The notes beneath the pieces were generated by a model. That model searched no databases. It saw nothing but the letters and a program-made list of their open reading frames with translations, and had not been told where the DNA came from. A DNA stretch of 64,000 nucleotides from positions 12,152,001 through 12,216,000 of the forward strand of contig JBHGNT010000022.1 of the NCBI GenBank assembly GCA_043228905.1, read 5' to 3'. Positions 27,049 through 38,501 of this stretch are shown one piece after another. This DNA comes from Azolla caroliniana. Its lineage: Eukaryota; Plantae; Polypodiophyta. Position 1 is the first letter of the stretch, and every line of letters begins with the position of its first letter. A program made the translations under genes and the position numbers.

Positions 27049-29803
27049 TGTTGAGCGAGCAAGCTCAACCAAATCCGGATTGGCTGAATAAGCCAGAGCC
27101 AGATCGGTATCCAGATGATATTTGGAAGGATGAGCCGGATCGGTATTCGGAAACAAGAGCCAGATCGGAGAGCCGGATTCGAGTGCAAACCGGAAGCCTA
27201 GTAGTAGCATAGACTACTAGGTAATCCTTGTCCCTTAGTTAGTGTCAGTTGCTCGTATGAGCATTGAAGTACATAGTACTTCTGTCAGTCCTTTTGAGGA
27301 CTTGTATAAATAGTGTTGTTTAGCACGTTGTATGTACAGAATGTTTTTATTATTTTGAATCTACGTTTACGTTCTGCTCTCTCTGTCTCTCTTGCGTATA
27401 CTCTCTGTGTATTAAGCTTCTCCATTAAACCTTCATCTTATTCTCTGTGCTATCCGGCTGAGCCGGTTCTGTCTAATGCTTCCGCATGTTAACATTCACA
27501 TGGTATCAGAGTGCGAGGGTTGAGAACCTCTGTAGCCGACACTTGCTTTCGTAGACGAACCCTAGAACCCGGTAACAATAGACAGAGAGAAGATATGGAC
27601 AAAGGAATGGCAAGTTCACTTCCAACAGAGAAGCTCGACCGGAGGAACTATGCGTCTTGGTCATACAAGATGCACTAGTACCTGCTGGGGCATGGATATT
27701 GGAGCTTTGTGGAAGGAACAAACGAGGTAGCGCCGGAGCCGGCACACGAGGACTTCCCGATATGGAAGCAAGGAGCGAGCCGAGTATTGTACTGCCTTGC
27801 ATCCTGTGTGCACGGCCAGATGCTCAACTACATAAAGGATGCAAAAACGCCAAAGGAGGCCTGGGGAAATCTGAGGAAGATTTTCGTCGCGAGTACCACA
27901 AGCCGTAAGTTGCAGCTCCGACAAGAGCTGAACAACATTCGACAAAGAGACATGTCGGTTACGGATTACACCCGATTACACCACCAAGATAAACGAGATT
28001 TGTGACGCACTCGGGTCCATCAACGTGAGGGTGGACGAAGATGAGATGGTACAAATTTGCCTCGGTGGTCTAGTGCAAAGGTATGAGCCAATTCGGACAA
28101 CGATCTGCACCCAGAGAAGCCATCGTCCTTCTTCGATTTACAATCAATGCTGATGATCGAAGAAAACCACGCGAGTGGGTCGAGGATCACTCAAAGGACG
28201 GTCGGATGCTATACATGGAGACAGATCGGCCCCATGGACGTGGTGGGTCAGCACACAATGGAGGCGGCCGACAAGAGCAGGACCGAAGGCACCGAGGTAG
28301 TGTCGACAACAGTTATAGACCCTCCACAAGCATGGGGAGTCAAAGTGACGTTGGAAGCCGGCAAGGAAAAGCCGACACGAAATGCAGGTACTATGGCAAA
28401 AAGGGTCACAGGGAAAGTGAGTGCTGGAAGAAGCGCACCGATTTGGACAAATCCGGATCTGGCAAGGCTGGTCGGGAAAACTGACAAAGCTCGCACTACC
28501 CGGAAGGATCAGAAGGATCCGAAATCGGGAAGACCGGTAAACAGGGCCAACCTTCGTAATGAAGTACAAGGCTAACTTGATGAAGAAGACTACTTCCGGA
28601 TCGGAGGAAGTATGGTACGTTGATTCCGGAGTGTCCAACCACATGATGAGCCATGAAGAGTGGTTCTCGTTTTTGGAGAAATCGGAACAACCGGGAATCG
28701 TCGAAACCGGAGACGACAACCCTCACTCGATTGTGCATGTTGGAGAAGTCCCTTTGAGCCATGTAAGATAGAAGGGGAAGCTGATGAACGTATTACATGT
28801 ATCGACAATCATAAAGAACCTGGTGTCGGTCGGGCAAATCGTTGACTAGGGGATGCAGGTGCGGTTTACGCACCTTGGGTGCTTCATAGAGGAAGAAGGC
28901 TAGATAATCGCGCAAGGGCGCAGAGAAAGGAGGATGTTCATCCTCAACACCAATGACGTCGCCACTGCCATGTTTGCCAAAGGACAACAGATTGAATCAG
29001 ACATCGACCTCTGGCATAAGCGGATCGGCCACGTCAATTACCGGAGGCTTCAGGACTTGCAATCAAAACAAGTTGTTTTCGGTTTGCTGAAATTTAGCAG
29101 CCGAAAGGCCGAAATTTGTGAAGCCTGCCAACTAGGGAAGCAACACCGGCTTCCATTCCCCACCGAACGAAACCGGAGTCATAACAAGCTCGACCTAATC
29201 CATTCGGATGTATGGGGACCGACACAGAATGTTAGCCTTGGTGGGAGTCGATACTTTGTCTCCTTCGTCGACAACTACAACTGGCACACATGGATCTACC
29301 TCATCGATAGGAAGAGCGAAATCTTCGAGTGTTTCCGGAACTTGCGGAGCTTAGTTGAATGGGAAACAGAGAGGAAGATAAAGTGCCTGCAGTTGGATGG
29401 CGGAAAAGAATACTTTTCCGGCGAATTCAACAATTATCTACAACAGAACGGAATTTGGAGAGAATTCAGCTGCCTATACACATCGGAACAAAACGGTGTA
29501 GCCGAGAGGAAGAACCGGTCGATTGTCGACGCAACAAGGGCAATGCTGGAGGAGAAGAGCATGCCCCAAGTCTACTGGGCTGAGGCAATCCGGACGACCG
29601 TCTACATCCAAAACCGGATAGGAGACAAGGTGTCAGCACACAAGTTGTATTTCGGGCGCAAGCCGAATTTGAGGCACCTTCGGATATTCGGTAGCATAGC
29701 ATATGTGCATGTACCGGATGAGAAGCGGAAGAAGCTTGATCTGAAGTCAAAGAAGTGCATCCTAGTTGGTTACTCGCATGAGCAGAAGGGGTATAAGTGT
29801 TAT

Positions 29804-30054
29804 CATAGTATGAACCATACGTACCATACATGCATTCGCATTCGCGAAAGAAAAACACCCTCAAAGGATGATAAATACCATACTTTTGGATTAACTATTT
29901 ATTATGAGGTAGATAAGCCTAAAAATGAAAAAAAAAACATTAAAAAAATGGGAAATAAAAAAACACACAAGAATGTTTGGATAAAATTCGCATTTGTTTT
30001 CCAACATAGGAAAACAAATGTTATACTTGACGAACACGAATTTTACGTACTATG
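29804..30054. mobile_element. hAT-type MITE inserted in the Copia A integrase
   Basis: CATAGTA...TACTATG TIR; 8-bp TSD agtgttat/actgttat; excision restores KGYKCYNP. Confidence 0.88.
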
Positions 30055-30896
30055 ACTGTTATAATCCCCAGGCTAAACAGGTACGAGTAAGTCGAGATGT
30101 CGAGTTTGATGAGTCGGCATCATGGTACCCTACCGACTCCAACTCCCGACGAAGACCTGATTTTGGAAGATGAGGCTAGTGAGCCCGAGGAGGTCCAGGA
30201 AGAAGATGAAGACTTCGGAACTCTAGAAGAGAATCCAATCTCATTCCGGCTAAGTGGGCCGAATGAGCGGCTGAGTCGAGATGACCAGTCGGTTGAAGAA
30301 TCGGCGAGTAGTGGAGACTCTACCTTGCGCTCCCCGCGCAAGGAACTAAGGAGACAATTCACGCGTAAAGAGAAAGGGAAGAAGAAGATGCCGAAATACG
30401 AAACTTGCAACATTGAGTCGGATTGGAGCGAATCCGACCCCGGAAAGGATGAAGGTGGATCTTCGGGAACAAAGTCCGAACCGGCCAAGAAGGGCCCCAA
30501 ACCGGGTGATGACAAGTTACGATGGTCTTCCCGCCAAAAGAACCCCGTTACGCGGTACGAGTACAATGAGTACATGGCGCATCACTATGTGTACATGACT
30601 AAGGTGGCGGAAGTGCGTGAGCCGGAGAGCTACGCAGAAGCGGCAAAGGACGCAAATTGGCATGCTGCTATGGAGGAAGAAATGCGGGCACTAGATGTCA
30701 ACGACACATGGGACCTGGTTGACCCTCGCCGATAGTGTAAACCAATCGGTTGCAAATGGGTGTACAAGGTAAAGTACAATGGCGACGGTTCGGTCAATCG
30801 GTACAAGGCCCGGTTAGTCACAAAGGGATACGCCCAGACCCATGGAATCGACTACGACGAGACCTTCGCTTCGGTAGCGAAGATGACGACGGTTCG

Positions 30897-31240
30897 TGTG
30901 GGGTTAGATATAGACAATAAGAAGAAAGAGTATGTCTATTATTAACCCTCTTTGCTAAGAGGTCTACCACCACAAGGAGAGAGATTAGTGTTCTCTAACT
31001 CAACACTTCACTTATCTCTCTCTCTTAGTTACAAGAAAGAGGAGAGGAAGCTCTAGCTCTAATCAATAGGAGATCTTTACAAATGGGAGAACCCCCACAA
31101 AGCCACTACTATGTGGTTTATATAGCTTTCACGTTTAGGGTATGGGCCTTTCACATTTGGCCGTCTCTTTGCTTTCCTTTCCTCTTGCCGTTTCCTCTTC
31201 GTACTACGTCCTGGTTGTGTTGTTATCCCAACGCTTAACA
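30897..31240 (-). mobile_element. LTR-like segment between Copia A RT and Copia B integrase
   Basis: Non-coding; ends ...CTTAACA, cutting Copia B at KCIFVG; no matching TSD. Confidence 0.5.
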
Positions 31241-33325
31241 CCAACAAAAATACATTTTTCTGCTTTTGGATCCAGCTTACTTCTTACTTCTGCAGGCACA
31301 TGTACATATGCAAGGCATCCAAACACTTTTAAGTGTTCTAAACTAGGTTTCCTTCCATAGAAACACTCTTCAGGAGTTGCTTCATGTACTCCCGATGTTA
31401 TACATCTATTTAGAATATAATTTGTTGTATTTACAACTTCTGCCCAATAGTACAATGGCATATTCTTCTCTGTCATCAAAGCCCTTGCAATGTTCACCAA
31501 TGTTCTGTTTTTCCTCTCAGCAACTCCATTTTGTTGTGGAGTATATCTACATGTGAACTGTCTTCTTATTCCTTGATTGCATAGAAAATCAGAAAATTCA
31601 TTGGAGAAATACTCTCCTCCTCCATCAGATCTTAAACATTTTATTCTTGTACCTGCCTGCTTTTCTACCATGCATTTAAACTTACGAAAACATTCAAACA
31701 CTTCACTTTTCTCTTTCATGAAGTACACCCATATTTTCCTTGAGCAATCATCAATAAAAGTTACATAGAATCAGCAGCCACTGATAGATGCATTCTAGTT
31801 GGTCCCCATACATCCGTATGTACCAAATCCAACAAATTTTTACTTACATGTCTTTCATGAGGGAATGACAACCTATTTTGCTTTCCATATTGACATGCTT
31901 CACATATCTTTCCCATTTCACAATTTTTCAGTTTTGGCAGTCCAGCCACTGCATCTTTTCTCAACATATTCTTTAGGGTTTGCATACTTATGTGGCCAAT
32001 CCTTTTATGCCACATTTCCACATATGAGACTACACTCATTCCATTTGCAAACATAGCTGAAATCTGTCTAGGCATATCAACATCCAAAATAAACATTCTT
32101 CCTTGTCGTTTTCCTTTTGCAATGAGCTTCCCATTCTTTTCTATATAGCATCCACTTTGCTTAAACTTTACTTGCATACCTTGCTCTACTATCTATCCAA
32201 CAGAAATTAGATTCTTAGCAAGATTTGGAACATGCATTACATTCAACATATACTTAGTCTTTCCTTTTTCTTCCCGCAATGGAATATCTCCAACATGTTC
32301 TATTTGGTGAACATAGCCAGGAATCTCTGGTTCTCTTAACCTTTCAAACCAGTTTGCATGTCCAATCATATGGTTAGATGCCCCCAAGTCTACATACCAT
32401 GTAAACTCTTCATTACATTTCTGTGAGCTTTCAGCCACTGCTGCTATCTCATGTTGTACCACAAATGCACCATCTTTTTCGCAATCTTCACTAGTTTGGG
32501 AATTAGTTATTCTGCTGTCTCTTTCCTCTTTGCTCATCATTTTGCTTCTTGTAACATTCAGCCTGTGTGTGGCCTGGTTTTCCACAATACCAACAACCAT
32601 CATCATTTACATATTTTTGCTTACCTCTACCTTGGTTGCTCCCCCTGCCTCTGTTGTTGTTTCTTCCTCTAATGGTTTGTTGTCCTCTTCCTTGATAACC
32701 ATTACTGTTGGTTCTTGCTGAGCCAAATCTTCCATGGCCTCTTCCTCGGCCTCTTCCAGCACTATTATATAGGGCTTGCTCCTCATTCTCAAGATTTCCT
32801 TTATTTACATCATCCATCTAATTCCTCTCTTCTACTACAAGCATTGAAACCAGATCTGGAAAGCTTGGGATACTATCCCTTGTAAGCATAGAGGTTTTAA
32901 AGCTTTTGTATTGAGGTCCTAAGCCTCTCAAGCATATTTCTACCTTATCATCATCTTCTATCTTTACATTGATAGAAGCAAGTGATTCACATATGCTCTT
33001 TATTTTCAAGGCATACTCATTTATTAACATCTTACCTTTTTCTAAGGTATTTAGCTCAGTCTTCAACTGTAGCTTTCTAGCTTTTGTGTTTACTGCAAAC
33101 AGTTTTACCAAACTGTCCCAAGCTTCTTTTGGGAGCATAGCATCATGTATGTGCCCAAGCATCGAATCTGAGATGCTAAGTGAGAGCCAATGCATTACCT
33201 TCCTTGCCCCTTGATTCCAATCTTTGAATGCGTTAATCTGTGCTGCTGTGGCATTTTCTTCTGGGATCTCCGGAGCCTCTTCGAGGTCTCCTTCAATGTA
33301 ATCCCAATATCCTTTCCCCATTAGG
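31241..33325 (-). mobile_element. Ty1/Copia element B internal fragment (gag-PR-INT), inverted
   Basis: GYWDYIEG gag, CWYCGKPGHTQAEC zinc knuckle, WYVDLGASNH, MWHKRIGH, HTDVWGP, RSDGGGEY, QNGVAER. Confidence 0.92.
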
Positions 33326-33920
33326 AATGCGAAGATCACGCACTGGTTGCATAAGATGGGGTTTGTGACCTCTAAATCCGACTCATCGTTGTTCATCAGG
33401 CAAGGTCCGGACGGTCCGGTTTGCATCTTACTTTATGTAGATGATTTAGTCATCACCGGACCCAGACTCAATGAAATCGGCTGTGTCAAGGCCCAACTGT
33501 CGGACGCATTTGAGATGAAGGACCAAGGGGACCTTCATTATTTCCTTGGGATCAAGGTGATCCGAACCCCCGACGACTATGTATTGAATATGTCGTACAA
33601 GTTCGGCATGATGGAATGCCGACCTGTCTCCACACCCTCAGACCAAATTGAGAAGCTATGTCTCGACTCCGGACCGGACTGCGATGAGAAACGGTTCTGA
33701 CAAATAGTCGAAAGCCTGATATACTTGACAATCACCCGACCCTACATCAGTTATACGGTTGGTGTGATCAGCCAATTCATGCAGAAGCCAACCGTGGAGC
33801 AGCTTCAATGCGCACATCGAATATTGCGGTATGTGTGCGGCACGAAGGATCGGGGACTGTTATACCGACATGGTATAACTGAAGAGCTAGTTGGAGCTAG
33901 TTTATATCCTAAATGGAAGT

Positions 33921-33988
33921 GGATGAGGTGGCCGAGTTGGTCTAAGGCGCTAGATTAAGGGCATGGGTTCAAATCCTACTCTCGTCAT
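33921..33988 (+). pseudogene. Isolated tRNA-Leu array unit with 3' anticodon stem and variable arm deleted
   Basis: gatgaggtggccgagttggtctaaggcgctagattaag|ggcatgggttcaaatcctactctcgtca. Confidence 0.85.
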
Positions 33989-34024
33989 CGATGTAAAATG
34001 AGCTTGTAATGTTTAGGTGATGAG

Positions 34025-34848
34025 TGTTAAGAAAACGTGAAGAAGGCACTCGGGCTCTTCTTATGTGCGTGGCGGATCGTGGTGTGCTAGATCATTTAGT
34101 GCTCAAACACAGAAGGGAAGGGGGAAGGAGACTTACCTCTGTAGCAGCCAAAACTTCTTCTATTTCATTACACGCGGAGCTCTACTTGCTCTCGTCTGTT
34201 TCTCTCTTTTGCTCTCACTCTCTGAGTTCTTCCTCTCTTTCCTCACTCTCTCTCTCAGAGTTCTACTTCCTGTGTTTCTTACTTACCTACTCTCTTACTT
34301 TTTACCTAAGTAATAAGTTACTTACGTATGCAACTAATTAGCTGTCAGTCGCTAAATAGCTGTCAGTAGCTAATTAGCTGTCAGTCGCTAAATAACTGTC
34401 AGTAGCTAATTAGCTGTTTCTCCTTTATGTTCACAAGTAGCTAAATAGCTACTATAGCTTATTTCCCAATAAGCATCACATACCATGTTGAGCTTGCTTC
34501 TCAACACTCCCCCTCAAGCTCAACTTATCCTTTCTTGGGGTTATCTACAACTTCTTTTCCATGATGCTTTTCAGCCATCATATCAGTGTCTACAACTCCC
34601 ATCATGTTCCGAAACAGTGTAAGCTTTTCGACACTCAATCCCTTTGTGAGAATAACAGCAACCTGCTGATTTGTATTCACATACACCAGATCAACTTCTC
34701 CTTCAATCACTTTTTCTCTAACAAAGTGATAATGCACTTCAATGTGCTTTGTTCTTGCATGGAACACTGGGTTTTTTGCAAGCTGAATGGTGCTCATGTT
34801 GTCACACCAGATTGTGACAGTACCGTCTATATACTCTCCCAAATCAGC
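34025..34848 (-). mobile_element. Copia 3' fragment: RNase H end, PPT and 3' LTR
   Basis: CDN...NPVFHARTKHIEVHYHFVRE; PPT ctccccctcaag at 34507; LTR 34025-34506 TGTTAAGAA...TTCTCAACA with internal ctaattagctgtcagt repeats. Confidence 0.9.
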
Positions 34849-34902
34849 CTCATCATCGATGTAAAATGAATTGGCTGAGAACTGATATTCTAAAAAGAAG
34901 TG

Positions 34903-37900
34903 GATGAGGTGGTCGAGTTGGTCTAAGGCGCTAGATTAAGGTTCTAGTCCGAGAGGGCGTGGGTTCAAATCCCACCCTCATCATTGCTCGATGTAAAATG
35001 AGCATGTAACATTTTGGTGACGAGCAGATGTCCTAAACAAAAGTGGATGACGTGGCCGAGTTGGTCTAAGGTGCTAGATTAAGGTTCTAGAAGGAAAGGG
35101 CGTGGATTCAAATCCCACCCTCATCATCGATGCAAAATGAATTGGCCGAGAACTGATATTTATATAGAAGTGGATGAGGTGGCCGAGTTGGTCTAAGGCG
35201 CTAGATTAAGGTTCTAGTCCGAAAGGGCGTGGGTTCAAATCCCACCCTCATCATTGCTCGATGTAAAATGAGCAGCATGTAACGTTTTGGTAACAAGCAC
35301 ATATTCGAAAAAGAAGTGGATGAGGTGGCCGAGTTGGTCTAAGGCGCTAGATTAAGGTTCTAGTCCGAAAGGGCGTGGGTTCAAATCCCACCCTCATCAT
35401 TGCTCGATGTAAAATGAGCATGTAACATTTTGGTGACGAGAATATGTCCTAAACAAAAGTGGATGACATGGCCGAGTTGGTCGAAGGCGCTAGATTAATG
35501 TTATAGTAGGAAAGGGCGTGGATTCAAATCCCACCCTCATCATCGATGTAAAATGAATTGGCCGAGAATTGATATTCTAAATAGAAGTGGATGAGGTGGC
35601 CGAGTTGTTCTAAGGCGCTAGATTAAGGTTCTAGTCCGAAAGGGCGTAAGTTCAAATCCCACCCTCATCATTGCTCGATGTAAAATGAGCAGCATGTAAC
35701 GTTTTGGTGACGAGCACATATTCTAAAAAGAAGTGGATGAGGTGGTCGAGTTGGTCTAAGGCGCTAGATTAAGGTTCTAGTCCGAAAGGGCGTGGGTTCA
35801 AATCCCACCCTCTTCATTGCTCGATGTAAAATGAGCATGTAACGTTTAGGTGACGAGCAGATGTCCTAAACAAAAGTGGATGACATGGCCGAGTTGGTTT
35901 AAGGCGCTAGATTAAGGTTCTAGTAGGAAAGGGCGTGGGTTCAAATCCCACCCTCATCATCGATGTAAAATGGATTGGCCGAGAACTGATATTCTAAATA
36001 GAAGTGGATGAGGTGGCCGAGTTGGTCTAAGGCGCTAGATTAAGGTTCTAGTCCGAAAGGGCGTGGGTTCAAATCCCACCCTCATCATTGCTCGATGTAA
36101 AATTAGCAGCATGTAACGTTTTGGTGACGAGCACATATTCTAAAAAGAAGTGGATGAGGTGGCCGAGTTGGTCTAAGGCGCTAGATTAAGGTTCTAGTCC
36201 GAAAGGGCGTGGGTTCAAATCCCACCCTCATCATTGCTCGATGTAAAATGAGCAGCATGTAACGTTTTGGTGACGAGCACATATTCTAAAAAGAAGTGGA
36301 TGAGGTGGCCGAGTTGGTCTAAGGCGCTAGATTAAGGTTCTAGTCCGAAAGGGCGTGGGTTCAAATCCCACCATCATCATTGCTCGATGTAAAATGAGCA
36401 GGTAACATTTAGGTGACGAGCAGATGTCCTAAACAAAAGTGGATGACGTGGCCGAGTTGGTCTAAGGCGCTAGATTAAGGTTCTAGTAGGAAAGGGCGTG
36501 GGTTCAAATCCCACCCTCATCATCGATGTAAAATGGATTGGCCGAGAACTGATATTCTAAATAGAAGTGGATGAGGTGGCCGAGTTGGTCTAAGGCGCTA
36601 GATTAAGGTTCTAGTCCGAAAGGGCGTGGGTTCAAATCCCACCCTCATCATTGCTCGATGTAAAATGAGCAGCATGTAACGTTTTGGTGACGAGCAGATA
36701 TTCTAAATAGAAGTGGATGAGGTGGCCGAGTTGGTCTAAGGCACTAAATTAAGGTTCTAGTTCGAAAGGGCGTGGGTTCAAATCCCACCCTCTTCATTGC
36801 TCGATGTAAAATGAGCATGTAACGTTTAGGTGACGAGCAGATGTCCTAAACAAAAGTGGATGACGTGGCCGAGTTGGTCTAAGGTGCTAGATTAAGGTTC
36901 TAGTAGGAAAGGGCGTGGGTTCAAATCCCACCCTCATCATCGATGCAAAATGAATTGGCCGAGAACTGATAATCTAAATAGAGGATGAGGTGGCCGAGTT
37001 GGTCTAAGGCGCTAGATTAAGGTTCTAGTCCGAAAGGGCGTGGGTTCAAATCCCACCCTCATCATTGCTCGATATAAAATAAGCAGCATGTAACGTTTTG
37101 GTGACGAGCACATATTCTAATAAGAGGCACATATTCTAGTCCGAAAGGGCGTGGGTTCAAATCCCACCCTCATCATTGCTCGATATAAAATAAGCAGCAT
37201 GTAACGTTTAGGTGACGAGCACATATTCTGATAATCTAAATAGAGGTTGAGGTGGCCGAGTGGTCTAAGGCGCTAGATTAAGGTTCTAGTCCGAAAGGGC
37301 GTGGGTTCAAATCCCACCCTCATCATTGCTCGATGTAAAATGAGCGTGTAACGTTTAGGTGACGAGCAGATGTCCTAAACAAAAGTGGATGACGTGGCCG
37401 AGTTGGTCTAAGGCGCTAGATTAAGGTTCTAGTCCGAAAGGGCTTGGGTTCAAATCCCACCCTCATCATTGCTCGATGTAAAATGAGCAACATGTAACGT
37501 TTTGGTGACGAGCACATATTCTAAAAAGAAGTGGATGAGGTGGCCGAGTTGGTCTAAGGCGCTAGATTAAGGTTCTAGTCTGAAAGGGCGTTGGTTCAAA
37601 TCCCACCCTCTTCATTGCTCGATGTAAAATGAGCATGTAACGTTTAGGTGACGAGCAGATGTCCTAAACAAAAGTGGATGACATGGCCGAGTTGGTTTAA
37701 GGCGCTAGATTAAGATTCTAGTAGGAAAGGGCGGGATTTGAATCCCACCCTCATCATCGATGTAAAATGAATTGGCCGAGAACTAAGATTCTAAATAGAA
37801 GAGGATGAGGTGGCCGAGTTGGTCTAAGGCGCTAGATTAAGGTTCTAGTCCGAAAGGGCGTGGGTTCAAATCCCACCCTCATCATTGCTCGATGTAAAAT

Positions 37901-38444
37901 GAGCATGTAACGTTTAGGTGACGAGCAGATGTCCTAAACAAAAGTGGATGACATGGTTGAGTTGGTCTAAGGCGCTAGATTAAGGTTCTAGTCCGAAAGG
38001 GCGTGGGTTCAAATCCCACCCTCATCATTGCTCGATGTAAAATGAGCATGTAACGTTTAGGTGACGAGCAGATGTCCTAAACAAAAGTGGATGACATGGT
38101 TGAGTTGGTCTAAGGCGCTAGATTAAGGTTCTAGTCCGAAAGGGCGTGGGTTCAAATCCCACCCTCATCATCGATGTAAAATGAATTGGCCGAGAACTGA
38201 TAATCTAAGTAGAAGTGGATGAGGTGGCCGAGTTGGTCTAAGGTGCTAGATTAAGGTTCTAGTCCGAAAGGGCGTGGCTTCAAATCCCACCCTCATCATT
38301 GCTCGATGTAAAATTAGCAGCATGTAACGTTTTGGTGTCGAGTAAATATTCTAAAAAGAAGTGGATGAGGTGGCCGAGTTGGTCTAAGACGCTAGATTAA
38401 GGTTCTAGTCCGAAAGGGCGTGGGTTCAAATCCCACCCTCATCA
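34903..38444 (+). tRNA. Core tandem array of tRNA-Leu(AAG): 25 full-length units plus 1 half unit
   Basis: 81-nt consensus GATGAGGTGGCCGAGTTGGTCTAAGGCGCTAGATTAAGGTTCTAGTCCGAAAGGGCGTGGGTTCAAATCCCACCCTCATCA: acceptor GATGAGG/CCTCATC, anticodon stem CTAGA/TCTAG with loop TT-AAG-GT, variable arm CC-GAAA-GG, discriminator A. Consensus-identical copies start at 35173, 35319, 36007, 36153, 36570, 36984 and 37804. Confidence 0.95.
35173..35253 (+). tRNA. tRNA-Leu(AAG), representative intact copy
   Basis: Complete cloverleaf with A box TGGCCGAGTTGG and B box GGTTCAAATCC. Confidence 0.95.
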
Positions 38445-38501
38445 TTGCTCGATGTAAAATGAGCATGTAACGTTTAGGTGACGAGCAGATGTCCTAAACA
38501 G

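Larger units (their letters stand above)
27049..33895 (+). mobile_element. Ty1/Copia element A (5' LTR, PBS, gag-PR-INT-RT), 3'-truncated and interrupted
   Basis: LTR 27049-27500 (TG...CA); PBS tggtatcaga at 27501; gag from ~27595; WYVDSG protease; LWHKRIGH, HSDVWGP, QNGVAER integrase; RT YKARLV and LYVDDL. Confidence 0.92.

Noticed and set aside
28934-30055. 373-aa integrase with a novel C-terminus
   Set aside because: The tail is read-through into the inserted MITE
32818-33426. 202-aa minus ORF as one gene
   Set aside because: Chimera: the first ~33 codons are antisense of Copia A RT, the rest is Copia B gag
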